Positions 11,453-24,146 of a DNA stretch of 64,000 nucleotides are shown piece by piece (the stretch's first letter is position 1; every line of letters begins with the position of its first letter). The stretch comes from Epiperipatus broadwayi. Lineage: Eukaryota; Animalia; Onychophora. A model generated the notes under the pieces. The model saw only the letters and a program-made list of their open reading frames with translations, was not told where the DNA came from and searched no databases. The stretch covers positions 4,650,001 to 4,714,000 of the forward strand of contig JAQFVV010000005.1 of assembly GCA_028023455.1 (NCBI GenBank), given 5' to 3'. A program made the translations under genes and the position numbers.

Positions 11453-14392
11453 CATCATCATCATCATCATTAACCATTATCAATCCACTGCAGGATGAAG
11501 GTATTTCCAAGTTTAATCCATCTTCTCTGATCTTTAGCTTCTCTTTTCCACAACATCCCTGCACATTTGCTTATTTCATCCATCCATCTCACATGTGGTT
11601 TCTTTCTGGGTCTTTCAATTGTCCATCTATTATCATTTCTTCTAGCAATATGTCCAGCCCAACTCCATTTCAATCTTTTAATTTTTTCAATAAGGTCAGT
11701 AACACCTGTTTGTTGTCTTACCCATACATTGCGTTTTCGATCTCTTCTTGTTACTCCCAACATACATCTCTCCATACTCCTTTGGGTGGTCTGAAGTCTC
11801 TGTATTGCTCTTCTATTAAGTGTCCAAGTCTCAGATCCATAAATAAGAACTGGTAAAACACATTTGTTAAAAACCTTTATTTTCAAACACATAGGCATAT
11901 TTCCTTTTAGTATCAAGTTATTTCTACCAAAAGCACTCCAACCAAGTTTAATTCTATGATTAATTTCCTCCATTATGTTTCCATCTGTATTAATAATCTG
12001 ACCTAGGTATTTGTAACTGTTAACTTCTTCTAATTCTTCATAATCAATCTTTATTTTCATATTTTGAGCAAATTGATTAAACATTACTTTAGTCTTTTTA
12101 ACATTTATCTTTAGTCCTTTTCTACTTTCATCTGCTAACTCTTGCAACATTTCCTGCAGCTCTGAAGCATTATTTGCAAAAACAACTACATCATCTGCAA
12201 AATCTAAATGACTTAATTACTCTCCATTTACTTTCATTCCTTTAGTTTCCCATTTTAATCCACAAAATACTTCTTGCAGCACTGCTGTAAAAAGTTTTGG
12301 AGATATGGAGTCACCTTGCCTTACACCTTTCTCAATGTTGATTTTTCCAGTATCATTATGTAATCTAATTATTGCTGTTGCATTTTTATAAATATTCTTT
12401 AAAATATGACAATATCCTGGATCTATACCTTGATGATCCAATGCTTTAATCACTGAAGAAATGTGTATAGAATCGAATGCCTTTTCATAATCTACAAATC
12501 CAAAACATAATGACAACTCATATTCATTTGTCCTTTCTATGACTTCTCTCAATACCTGGATATGATCTATTGTACTAAAACCACTTTTAAATCCAGCTTG
12601 TTCTCTTGGTTGGTGGAAATCCAAAGTTCTCTGTAGACGAGTTGTAATTATCTTGGTAAAATTTTTATATAAAACTGATAAAAGGCTGATAGGTCTGTAA
12701 TTTCTAATATCTTCTTTATCACCTTTTTTAAATATTAATATTATTACTACATTCTTCCAATCTTCCAGTACATCTTTATCATTTAGACATTTGGTATATA
12801 ACTTTGCTAAAATTGTTTCTATTTCTTCACCTCCTTCTTTTAATATATCAATTATAATTCCATCATTTCCTGGAGCCTTTCCTTTCTTCATACATTTAAT
12901 TGCATGTCTCACTTCTTCATTTAAAATTCTGGGCAATTCAGAAGATGTAATAGATATAGGAGGTACTTGTTCTTATTACTATATAATTCTTGATAAAAAT
13001 CTTCTACCAATTTCATGATGTCATCTCTCTTTTTAGTAATAATTCCACTTTTTTTCTTATTGCAGATATAAATTTCCTACCAATACCAAAATGTTGTTTA
13101 ACATTCTTGAGACTTTTATTTTCTTCTACAGCTTTCCTCGCTATTTCACAGTTATCCTTTCTTATATCATTGTCAACTCTTTTCCGTACCATTTTACAAA
13201 ATTCGAGATATTCAATTCTTTTTAATACATCATTTTTGTATATCTTCATATTCCTTCTTTTCTTCATAAATTCTCTAGTCTCAGTAGAAATTTTATTAAT
13301 CAATGGCTGCTTTTTTCTACCAGCTATCTTTGTTGCAGTTTTTAAAAGTGTATCAGTTATTTTCATATTAATTTCATTCAAATCTGAATCATGTTCAAAA
13401 TCTCCTAACACTCGAAACCTATTTGTAAGTTCTAATTTAAATTCATTAGAATGTTTCTGAAGATTAGGAATATCAACTGTAAATATTGTTTTTCTCAATA
13501 ATTTTTGTCTCTCTAGTTTTACATTAACACGTAACTTACACCTTACTAATCGATGATCACTTCCTGTGTTAAATTTATTAAGAACATTACAATCTTGAAA
13601 TATGTATTTCCTGTTAGTCAAAATATAATCCAATTCTGCTGTACCTTCATTTGGATGCTTCCATGTCCATTTCCTTTTAACATTTTTCTCAAAAAATGAA
13701 TTCATAATATAAAGTTTTTCTTTTTCTGCAAACTCCACAAGTCTATGTCCTCTCTCATTTCTATTACCATAACCAAAATTACCTACAGCAATTTCATCTT
13801 TCATTTGTCTACCAATTCTAGCATTAAAGTCTCCCATAACAATTTTAAAATGTTGTTTACTCTGATCAAAAGCCTTTTGTACATCCATATAAAAATCTTC
13901 TACTACTTCATCACTATGAGAACTTGTTGGGCCATAAACCTGAATTATCTGTATTTGGTGTCTGCTATTAAGTTGTATAACTAATCTTGCCACTCTGTCC
14001 GATACACCATCAATCTCCACAATATTGTTCTTCCACTTTTTATTTATAATGAATCCTACTCCACTTGTATTTCCAATATGTGTGCCTTTATAATAGAGTA
14101 TATGTCCACTTTTTAAATCAATTGTTTCTTCTCCTTTTCTTCTAACTTCACAAAGTCCAATAATGTCCCATTTAATATAAGACAGTTCTTCTTCTAATTC
14201 TTGCAATCTTCCTTCACTTGAAAGTGATCTGCAGTTGTAAGTACCTAAATAAAAAGTCGTCATCAAATGGCAGCCTGGGTCCGCAATCAGGGGATTCTTA
14301 GCACCCTCCGCCTTCGGCCACCAACTGCTGCCTTGGTTGGTGACTTTACAGCCTCCTGGGAATAAGGGCCATGCTTTATTTTTGTCTGTCAT
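11453..14392 (-). mobile_element. RTE-clade LINE, near full length
   Basis: Single APE-RT ORF in pieces, (TGA)n 3' tail at 11453-11470, and a candidate 11-bp TSD aattgta(g/t)ata at 11442-11452 and 14393-14403. Confidence 0.95.
11470..14392 (-). pseudogene. RTE endonuclease-reverse transcriptase ORF with two lesions
   Basis: APE motifs (GTYNCRSL, IIGLCEVRR, VMGDFNARIG, ELDYIL, SDH) and RT motifs (FVDYEKAFDS, GVRQGDSISP, LDFADD, YKYLG, LKWSWAGHIARR). Lesions: a 1-nt loss in an A-run near 13050 (A7 vs A8 in the 35-37 kb copy) and an in-frame TAA at 12217. Confidence 0.93.
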
Positions 14393-16214
14393 AATTGTAT
14401 ATATGTATTGGAAAAATATTTATCATTTACACAAACATTCATTCTGCCTTATCAGGCACTGAGAAGAAAGACCATGGTGTTTCTTGATCTTAAACTCAGA
14501 GGTAAAAAGCCAATAAACTCACCACACTGGCTAATGCGTGTTGGTGAGCAGCCCATCCATGTTCGTGTACTATATGAATAATCACATAGTAATAACAGCT
14601 GCAACGACAAGAACGTATGGAGTGGACATTAGGAATTTGCCCTGCTCGGTTCCTTTAAGGCCTCCAAGAGGAATCAAAGGGTCTCCTTTCAGTTAATAGC
14701 AAACTCCTTTCTTTCATTGTAATACACTGAAATACACCACAGATGCTATTAATCACTCATATTAATTATATTTTACAACTGTTTTATTATCTTAATCACT
14801 TATCCTTTACCCATTGTCACAAGCCATTTATTATTAGAATATCATTATTTCCTGTTTATTCAAGTATACATGACAGATATCAGGTTAAAATCTCATTAAT
14901 TGCCTTATATATAAAGAACATATAATCAGTCAAAGCTTCAAAAGAGGATATGTAAATCACATTACTGTTTTGTATAAATTGTATAATGTGATCATTCAAT
15001 TACATTTAAATGTCACTGTAATGCTGCAGAAACATTAGCCCCGCCCATTTAACTCTATGAATGATTTAGAGGCTTCTACCTCATTTGTATTACTGATAAA
15101 TAAAATCACAAATGTTCAAATTAAACCACTGCAGTTAAAAAAAAGATCAATCTCATAGTATTCTTCAGACAGATGCTTGGCTCAAAAATCTCTCCATCTA
15201 ATTACCATAATAGAATACACTCTAATTTCAAATATTATTAAATAAAGACTGATAAATATCTGCTATCAAGTTTATAGCCACACAAAAAATAATCTTTTCT
15301 TATTTTTATAAAAATAATACTTAAATAATATGTTCAAAATCTATTTATAAATTTGACGAAATAGAATGTACTTGAACATATTAAAATAATACAGAAAACA
15401 CTATTAGGGGAAAATTTCTCAATATTGAAACATGTTAAAATTATCAAATATTTGAAGAGAATAATATGTTTTTTGTTGTGTTTGGTCTGAAGTGCAGATT
15501 TCAGACTCAAACCAACAGTGATATAAATTAAAATATGAACACTTGAAATTAATATGTATAATTTATTAGAACAAATATACATACATATTATACAGTCAAT
15601 AAATACAATTTTATGCAGATAAACGTAGTTAAAACTGTGCTGGCCATGCTGGTCTCACTTCTAGCTGTATATATTAGCTTGCCTCATGAGTTCTACTCAA
15701 GACTCTTATATACTGGATAGATTGCCTCAAGTTCTAGTTGCCTTGAGTCGGCCATAGTCTTAGCAGCTTCCAGTCCTATCGTGGACTTGCCTCACTGCAT
15801 AGAATATATTGATAATGACTATAATAGAAACACCTTCACTGTTGGAAGTAGTTTTAATTGAGAGCACACTCTATCATTCAGGTTAAACAGATGTTCTCTA
15901 TTTTTGGCTTGCCTCCAAAAATGCTGATTATTTATTGCCAAATCTCCTATCTTGCTAGCACTAATAAGATTCAAAGAGCATCATTGCCTATTGGCCCATA
16001 CTAACCAATGGTAGGATTTTATACACATGTTTACACATTGGCCAATCTTATGTTTACCCTTTGGCTATGTTTATACATTGGTTATCCACATGTTTAAACA
16101 TTAGTTAACAGTAATGAGTGCTCAATTTGATCAAAATTCCTTACTTAGATTGGACTAGTCCACTTTTGAAGGCAAGGTCAGATATGACAGCTTTATTGCC
16201 CAGAAGTTTATAAA

Positions 16215-16670
16215 AAGTTTGGGTGTCAGAACATGATTGAGTTGGATCAAGACTCCTGAAGTTTGAACTCCAGAATCTAGCACCCTACCACTTTACAGTT
16301 TGGGTGCCAGAAGTGTTAGCACTAGATCATGATGCCTAGACCTTGAACTGCAGAATCTGGCATTCTACCACTTTCCAGTTTGAGTGTTATAAGTGATAGA
16401 GCTGGATAATAACCTCTGGACCTTGAACTCCAGAATCTAGCCCTATGTCACTTTCCATTTGGGGTGCTAGAAATGATAGACCTGGATCATGACCATTCAG
16501 CCATGAGCTCCAGAATCTAGCATTCATCATTTTCCAGTTTGATACCAGACCCCTGGACCTAGCACTCTAGAATCTAGCACTATACCACTTTCCAGTTTGA
16601 ATGCCAGAAATGGTAGAGCTGGATCATGACTCCATGATCTTGAACCCCAGAATCTGGCACTCTACCAGTG
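16215..16670. repeat. 80-bp minisatellite, ~5.5 units, tRNA-like on the minus strand
   Basis: The anchor 'cagaatct(a/g)g' occurs at 16271, 16351, 16431, 16511, 16568 (short unit) and 16648. Confidence 0.85.
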
Positions 16671-16979
16671 AACCAAATTATATAAGGGCAAATATTCCAA
16701 ATAAATTATATTAATTCACTTAAAAAAATATATATTTTAACTTTTGAAGACAAAATCTTTAATTAATGGACACTTCCATTTAACGATGTCTTCCATAAAA
16801 ATAAATAACTAAATTATTTCAAAACAATTTTTTAGATTCAAATATTTAAATGAAATTAAAATTGCAAAATATATCTCGTTTTTGTTAGAAGTATTTAAAC
16901 TAAGAAAAAAATATGGCATGCATATCTGTGACTTCACTTTTAAGAAAACTGAAACAAATCTATTCATTCATTACTAAAT

Positions 16980-17499
16980 AAGCCAATAAACATCACATGC
17001 CCACCACCTCTTATGCTTGTGTATAACTGTTGTTAAAACAGGCAAAACTCACAATACGTATTGCCACACAGAGCAAGTTAGAGTAATCAATGGACGCCAG
17101 AAGGCTCGTGCATAAAATCCCCATCTAGTGCCTACTCATCTAATATCCCCAGACTAGTTTCTGGCTTGTGGCCTTCATCAGTGAGGAGCCTTGGATCTGA
17201 GAGCACTGCATCTAGATCTTAGTATCTAATGCAACCCTCCAGCAACTACCTTTTATCTCCATTTAACTACAAAAAAATGAGTCTTAAACTGAAAACACCT
17301 TAATGTTTTCAATCCAAGCCCATTAGCTTATATAGATCCTAAGATCTAGATGCAGTGCTCTCAGATCCAAGGCTCCTCACTGACGAAGGCCACAAGATGA
17401 GTAGGCACTAGATGGGGATTTTATGCACAAGCCTTCTGGCATCCATTGATTACTCTAGCTTGCTGTGTGTGGCAATACGTATAGTGAGTTTTGCCTGTT
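16980..17499 (-). mobile_element. Hammerhead repeat family A fold-back insertion
   Basis: Full 3' end at left (agccaataaacatcacatg) and an inverted arm at ~17336-17499 ending at gcctgttt. TSD ttcattactaaatag at 16967-16981 and 17500-17514 (the last 2 nt overlap the element end). Confidence 0.88.
17147..17186 (-). ncRNA. Minimal type I hammerhead ribozyme motif, best-preserved copy
   Basis: Minus strand reads CCTCA-CTGATGA-A-GGC-CACAA-GCC-A-GAA-ACTAGT-C-TGGGG. Stem I CCUCA/UGGGG pairs fully (one G-U). Confidence 0.75.
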
Positions 17500-18177
17500 T
17501 TCATTACTAAATAGTAGAGTATCTTCACAGTCTGAGATAATAAAAATTTTGAATAGACTATTCCTGAATTATAAACTTATCTATAAATTACCATTGTCTG
17601 ATGCACACTGATTTCCACATCTACTTCCTACTCTCTCTTCAATGGAAATGGTTAAGGAGACATGCTTTACTGTCTTTGTAAATTGGGGAACTTAGTTTAT
17701 TATATTAACTAGATTTAATGAATGCTGTTTTTTGACTAAGGTGATTAATAAAATTATGTGCCTGGTGCCACCCTACTTCTTTTCTACTCCAAATTAATCT
17801 CAGAATAATATATTTCTATTTTATACATTTTTTTAATTGCAATCTAATGCCAATGATAATTTTATTCCAAATTAGTTTTAAAAAATGATTAAGTAACTTT
17901 TACTGCTTAGTTAACATTTTTTGTTAATAACATTTTAAAAACAGGAATAGCTTTAACTACCGATAAATCCTATCAAATAATTAATCAGTTTTTCAAATAT
18001 GTTAATCCTAAAGTAATTTTTTTAAAAAAAGAACGGAATCTTGTTTTAAAGGATTTCTAAAAAAAAGAATGGACAAACGTCTATTGTATTCTAAAATTAT
18101 TTCAATAAGAAACTTCTTTATTTAAATTTCAAAATCCTTCTTATGAATGTTAAATAGATTTGTACCAATTGAGTATA

Positions 18178-18386
18178 ACATCAGGCACACAATAGACTCA
18201 AGTCCCGATTTAAACACACAGTCTATAAGAGTTGTTGTATATAGAATGTACGCTCTAAACTTAAGTGATTCAAAACTTAAGTGATTCACTAAGTTTTTTA
18301 AACTTTTACTGGCGGGCGAATGCTGGAAATTTATAATATTTCAGAAATAGCGCATTATCGGAGATTGACTTCCGTTTGAATAATTA
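18178..18386 (+). repeat. Single arm of the fold-back family seen at 44537-44964
   Basis: Shares 'agaatgtacgctctaaacttaagtgattc...agaaatagcgcattatcggagattgacttccgtttgaataatt'. Confidence 0.8.
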
Positions 18387-18520
18387 TGAATGTAAAGATA
18401 TATTTTCAATAATAAAAAAAATATCATGTATAAAAGATAGGACGAATTGTTATATAAATTGTTTTTAAAAGCTTCAAATAAACATTCATCATCTCAAAAT
18501 CTTAATTTTAATTAACTATT

Positions 18521-18608
18521 GTATTGGTGGTCGAGAGGTCAGCACGACTGTCTTGCACTTGCAGGCAGTTGCCCGGGACGATGCTATAATACTTAATAAA
18601 AATAAAAA
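18521..18608 (+). mobile_element. tRNA-Gly-derived SINE (internally deleted copy)
   Basis: gtattggtggtcgagaggtcagc...cgatgctata plus an A-rich tail. TSD attaactatt at 18511-18520 and 18609-18618. Confidence 0.78.
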
Positions 18609-19280
18609 ATTAACTATTGTTTGTCAACAAACTAGATCTCAAATAAAATTTAATACAGCACACTATATAACGTAACTTTAGGACTTCTCTTAATGGGATT
18701 TGTTATTTTGGAATAAAAAAAATATCTTAACAGTCAAATAATAAGCACTCATTGCTAGAATTTAACTATCATGTTGTTTAAAATGTCAGTAATTAAAAAT
18801 AAAGATTGGTCAAAGAAGTCATGGGACAAAAGTAGTACATATACCTGCCATAGTTTGCAACTTCGGTTTGAATCTAATCAAGGTTTAAATTTCTTTTCTC
18901 AGAAAATCAACACTTATCCAAGATAGCTAACCAACCCATATATTTCATAAATAGGTGTGTAACAGTTTTTAACTAAAAGGTATATTGTCAATGCATATAT
19001 ATATATGGGTGTGTGTGAATGTAAATAAAGCTTACTGTTTATTCATGTAAATATTTTCAGATAGTATACGAATAATATATCTCATTATTAAGCTATTTTA
19101 GAAAATCTATATATATCATACATTTAAATATATATTAAAAATCAATGATGCTAATGAGAAATGCAAAATGGACTCAAAAAAAAAACCCCTGCTAAGACTT
19201 ATTTGGTGTGTATGGAAGGAATCATAATAGATTTTGCATACTACATAAGCAGTGAATTGTCTGCAGCCTGTTGATATAAC

Positions 19281-19660
19281 ACAGGCAAAACTCTCCATAT
19301 AGTAGTGCCACTCAGTGCCATCCAGATTAATCAATGGATGCCAGAATTCTTGTGCATAAAATCCCCATCTAGTGCCTACTCATCCAATATCCCCAGACTA
19401 GTTTCTGGCTTGTGGCCTTCGTCAGTGAGAAGCCTTGGATCTGACAGCACTGCACCTAGCTCTTACTCACTGACAAAGGCCACAAGCCAGAAACTAGTTT
19501 TGGGATATTGGATGAGTAGGCATTAGATGGGGATTTTATGCCCAAGCCTTCTAGCATCCATTGATTACTCTGGCTGGCACTATTATATGAAGAGTTTTGC
19601 CTGTGTTAATAACAGTTATGTGCAAGCATAAGAAATGGTGATCATGTGATGTTTAGTGGT
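19281..19660 (+). mobile_element. Hammerhead repeat family A fold-back insertion
   Basis: Inverted arm 19281-~19462 starting acaggcaaaactc, direct arm ~19466-19660. TSD ttgatataac at 19271-19280 and 19661-19670. Intact CTGACGA core on the minus strand at 19391-19430; the plus-strand copy is mutated (CTGACAA, GTT). Confidence 0.88.
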
Positions 19661-20410
19661 TTGATATAACTGGTCAAGTTTAGGTTTATCATTCAAATTG
19701 TATATGTATACATTGCAGTTATACCCGAATTGATGCATGAAGAACTTTTTTCATCTAAGATATGAGGCAATGGATTATGATGTTCTACTGTATATGTGTA
19801 AAAATTGACACATAGAAGCAGAAGCTTTTATAGACTTCAGAAATTTCTAATGAAATTTCTAATTGTTATTTACTCTTTATTTCTTTTTCTATTTTGTTAT
19901 TTGAGATTGAATAAATTTGCTTTGTTGCTTTAATCTGTGCTTGAGTTTATTTAAAACTACTGATGCTCTCTCAACTGGTATTGAGAAAATAATACACATG
20001 GTACATAGCAAAATGAAAATAATAATGGTAAGTCATACAACTTTCATTAATAAACCTGTTGGATAATGCTTTCTCCAGCATTACAATAAGCACACTATTT
20101 ATTTTTTGTTTAGAATTAGAGAAATAAGGTAATTTGATACTGTATTTTATTTATTTACTATTCCATGAATTTAATTATGTAAACAATAATCACTGTAATA
20201 AGAGAATATGTAGTTAATGGTGTAAGTAAATTGCACTCCATAGGACAGAGATTGCCACAACAAGGATTAAATAATAAATTTTAATGATTCATTCTTTAAT
20301 ATTTAATGTGGGATATTCAAATTTCATTCTCTTCTCTATTTTATATTAGTATATGACTTTGTACATTCATCCATTTTATTTTTTCATTTCTCTATCATAT
20401 TTATATTCAA

Positions 20411-20943
20411 AGAATTGAACTTGTTTGGAGTGCTTTTGGTAGAAATAACTTGATACTAAAAGGAAATATGCCTATGTGTTTGAAAATAAATGTTTTTAAC
20501 AAATGTGTTTTACCAGTTCTTACTGATGGATCTGAGACTTGGACACTTAATAGAAGAGCAATACAGAGACTTCAGACCACTCAAAGAAGTATGGAGAGAG
20601 GTATGTTGGGAGTAACAAGAAGAGAGTGAAAACACAATGTATGGGTAAGAGAACAAACAGGTGTTACTGACCTCATTGGAAAAATTAAACGATTGAAGTG
20701 GAGTTGGGCTGAACATATTGCTAGAAGAGATGATAATAGATGGACAATTTAAGTTTTAAACTGGATTCCAAGAGATTGTAAAAGACCCAGAAAGAGACCA
20801 CCTAAGAGATGGATGGATGAAATAAAAAAGTGTGCAGGAGTGATGTGGAGAAGTGAAGCTAAAGATTGAAGAAGATGGATTAAACTTGGAGAGACCTTCA
20901 TCCTGCAGTGAAGTGATAATGGTTGATGATGATGATGATGACG
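20411..20943 (+). mobile_element. 5'-truncated RTE LINE (3' ~530 bp)
   Basis: Colinear with 11453-11950 in the opposite orientation and ends in (GAT)n. Confidence 0.92.
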
Positions 20944-21982
20944 ACAATCACACATTCCACAATTCTGAAATATCTCTCAAACTATATCAAACTTACTTCC
21001 TTCTGTTTCAAATAATAATAATAATGTTAATATTTTTTTATTTTAAAAATAATAATAAATATAACATTGATATTAAATCAGTCATTTATAACAAATACAA
21101 TCATCCGTAGAAGGGTTGAAATTCGTTATTAGCTTTAGTTTTATGTTAATTTGTTGAAAGCATATTTTTCCAATCGCCACATAAAAACATTAAAATTCTT
21201 AAAGAAAATTGTAATTTAATATTTAATCAAAAACAAAATGCAGAAGTTTAAGCAATATCTTTAATGTTCTGTGTGGTGGCTGACTCTCACCACATCTATA
21301 TAATATTTTATACTGTATACTGTTTAATATTAAATAATCATAATAATATATAAACATTATTTTATTTTTTTCAACTTATTTATTTCTAAATTAATTTAAT
21401 ATGAACACTGTGTACATATTATATTCTCATACCAATACATTGCTCATTTGATATAATTTTTATCAAAGCACAAACTGCAAGTATATTTCAGAATATTGAC
21501 AAAGATACAAAAATAAACAAATCAATTGTTATCAAAAAAATATAAGTACAGAACAATACCCTAATATATTTTAAAATATTAGTACTAAATTACAGTATGC
21601 TCTTTGCCATTTCAGTTTTTAAAGAGGGTCCTAAATACAATGTTGACCCAACCAAGTGATAAAGCATGGCAAGTAATACTCTGAGCAACAAATATTCCAG
21701 ATATTTTGTCTAAAACAGTTTCAAAATCACAATTTCTATCAAAAATTAAAAAATAAATACACAAATTTTATAGAATTAAATGCAATCAAAAAATTTAAAT
21801 ACATCTAGAAATCAAAATATCAAGCATATTAATAATTAGTAAATAGACAAAAAAATTAAGAAAAATAAAAAATTCCTGCTATATTGCAGCAAACAAAGAT
21901 GAAAAAAAAAAATTAGCAATTATTATTAATAAATGACTACAAAAATGTTAGCATAATTACATGACCAAAACAATATATATAT

Positions 21983-24134
21983 TGTAACCGGACCCGCGTA
22001 CATCCCTTTTATTAATGAGTTGTAACAATTTTCTGATGAGCATGCTGTAGGAAGGAACTATCAATTGACATTCCTAATGCAGATGTTAATGCCTCCTACA
22101 ACAATATTTCCTGCTCATCAGAGGATGTAGTACCATAGAGACTGTGAACATCTAAACATTTATATGTTTGGTTTTCCAAACAGCGCCATTAGAGTTCCGT
22201 CTCACTACAACCTGACTTGCCAAGGTCTAGTTATGTCAGATGTAGCTCAGAAAGCATGAGATTCTCATGAACCAGTGCTATAATTGGTGAGTGATGCGAT
22301 AAATAAACAAAATTGGACAACTGGATAACCAATTTAATTTTTGGTAACAAAAAAAATTTATTAAATAACAATTAATTTGCAATTTCTAACGAAATTCACT
22401 TCTATCCACATGATAACTCATTTTTATTTTACTTATAAAAGAGTTAGAAGCAGTTCCTTTTTTTATTATCAATAGTTCATTTACAAATTCAATTATGAGA
22501 AAAAGCTTGGAAATAGTCAATTCAATAATAGTTATTTTGAATTCCTTTATGAGAAGAAGCTTGGAAATATTCTAATTCAACAATAGTTCATTTTGAATTC
22601 CTTTAAGAGAAGAAGTTTGGGAATATTCTAATTCAACAATAGTTCATTTTGAATTCATTTATGAGAAGAAGCTTAGAAGCAGTCAAGCATTTATGATTTA
22701 TACAGCATTTCATTATTTTATGAATTATTACTGATTGGTAGACATTTAAACTCAGCAATTCTTGGTTTGTGGAGCATTTATCATTTGGGAATTGAAGCAT
22801 TTATAATTTAGTCAAATATAAAGGTATATTCATACACATAAACTCTGTTACATTATAAGACGCTTAGAAGCGGTCAAGTATTTATGATTTATAGAGCATT
22901 TCATCATTTTATGAATTATTACCGATTGGTAGACATTTGAACTCAGCAATTCTTGGTTTGTAGAGCATTTATCATTTGAAAATTGAGGCATTTATAATTT
23001 AGCCAAATATAAAAGTATATTCTTATACATAAACTCTGTTTGGCTTGTGGAGCATTTATCATTTAGTAATTGAAGCATTTCTAATTTAATCAAATATAAC
23101 AGTATATTCATACATATAAGTTCTGTTACATTACTCAGATAGAAGTAGTATGCAAATAAAGCATTTCTTTAATCCATATAGTAAATACGTTCAAATATTT
23201 TTATAAAAATTTGCGTATAACCATTTCATAACTTCATTTTATAACGTATGATAAACATGTTTTAATATTTTACAAAATAAATCCCACGCAACTATTTTAT
23301 AACTTCACTTTATAACGTATGATAAAGATGTTTTAATATTTTATAAAATAAATTCTATGTAATTATTTCATAATTTCACTTTATAACGTATGGTAAAGAT
23401 GTCTTAATACTTTATTAAACAAAATGTATGCAACCGTTTCATAACTTCACTTTATAACATATGATAAAAATATTTTAATATTTTATAAAAATAATTTTTA
23501 TGTAGATATTTCATGATGTCAATTTATAATTCATGGTAAAGATGTCTAAACATTCTTATAACATAATTACCTTCCAGTTTTGCAGTCCATTTTACTCAAA
23601 AGAAGGCAGGTTATTTCATCAATGGAAAGTCATGGCACAGCGTGGAGAGAGTGAAGCTGCTAAATTACCCCATTGTTATTATAATTCCTCTAGCAAAGTT
23701 TTCTTTTTCCATTTTCACGTTTAGTTAAAGCTATATTTTAATTTGTCAAAAGGATTAAGTAATACACTTTCTCCTTAAAAAAAAAAAATTCAATATGTTC
23801 TGCTTCTCTGTGTAAGACGAAAGTTCCTTTTTTTTTTTTTTTAACGACGTGCCTAATTTGAATACTGCCTCAGTTTAACTCAAGTATCTTTTTTCTTTCT
23901 TTTTAATGATTGGATAATTAATTTCTTTTTTTTTTATTGAGACAGATAAAAAAAAAATGAAATAAGACGATATAACATTTTGTTCAAATCCATCAATCAC
24001 AAAATTAAAAATATGATTTTTTTTTAACAACTCACAGCTTTATTGCGTTCCCAATTAGACTGAATCACGCTAGACATTTTTGAATGGGGGGAAATCTTTT
24101 GAATATTTATATGAGGAACAGAATATCTGTTTCA
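21983..24134 (-). repeat. 3' LTR (2152 bp)
   Basis: tgtaaccgg...ctgtttca. Contains internal ~55-bp, 191-bp and 71-bp tandem arrays. Confidence 0.95.
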
Positions 24135-24146
24135 TTACCCCTCACC
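24135..24146 (-). other. Polypurine tract
   Basis: Minus strand GGTGAGGGGTAA abuts the TGAAAC start of the 3' LTR. Confidence 0.85.

Noticed and set aside
14400-14720. GC-richer segment upstream of the RTE as a possible 5' UTR with an HDV-like ribozyme
   Set aside because: It lies outside the candidate TSD. I found only one hairpin (ctcacc...ggtgag) and no P1/P3/L3 nested pseudoknot pattern.
16215-16670. CRISPR-like array
   Set aside because: The whole unit is repeated with no unique spacers, and the context is eukaryotic.
22095-22128. Hammerhead-like CTGATGA-GCAG-GAAA on the sense strand of the Gypsy LTR (also at ~30885-30918)
   Set aside because: Stem II cannot pair and stems I and III are weak and mostly G-U. 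It is better explained as one arm of a 10-bp inverted repeat (ctgatgagca/tgctcatcag).
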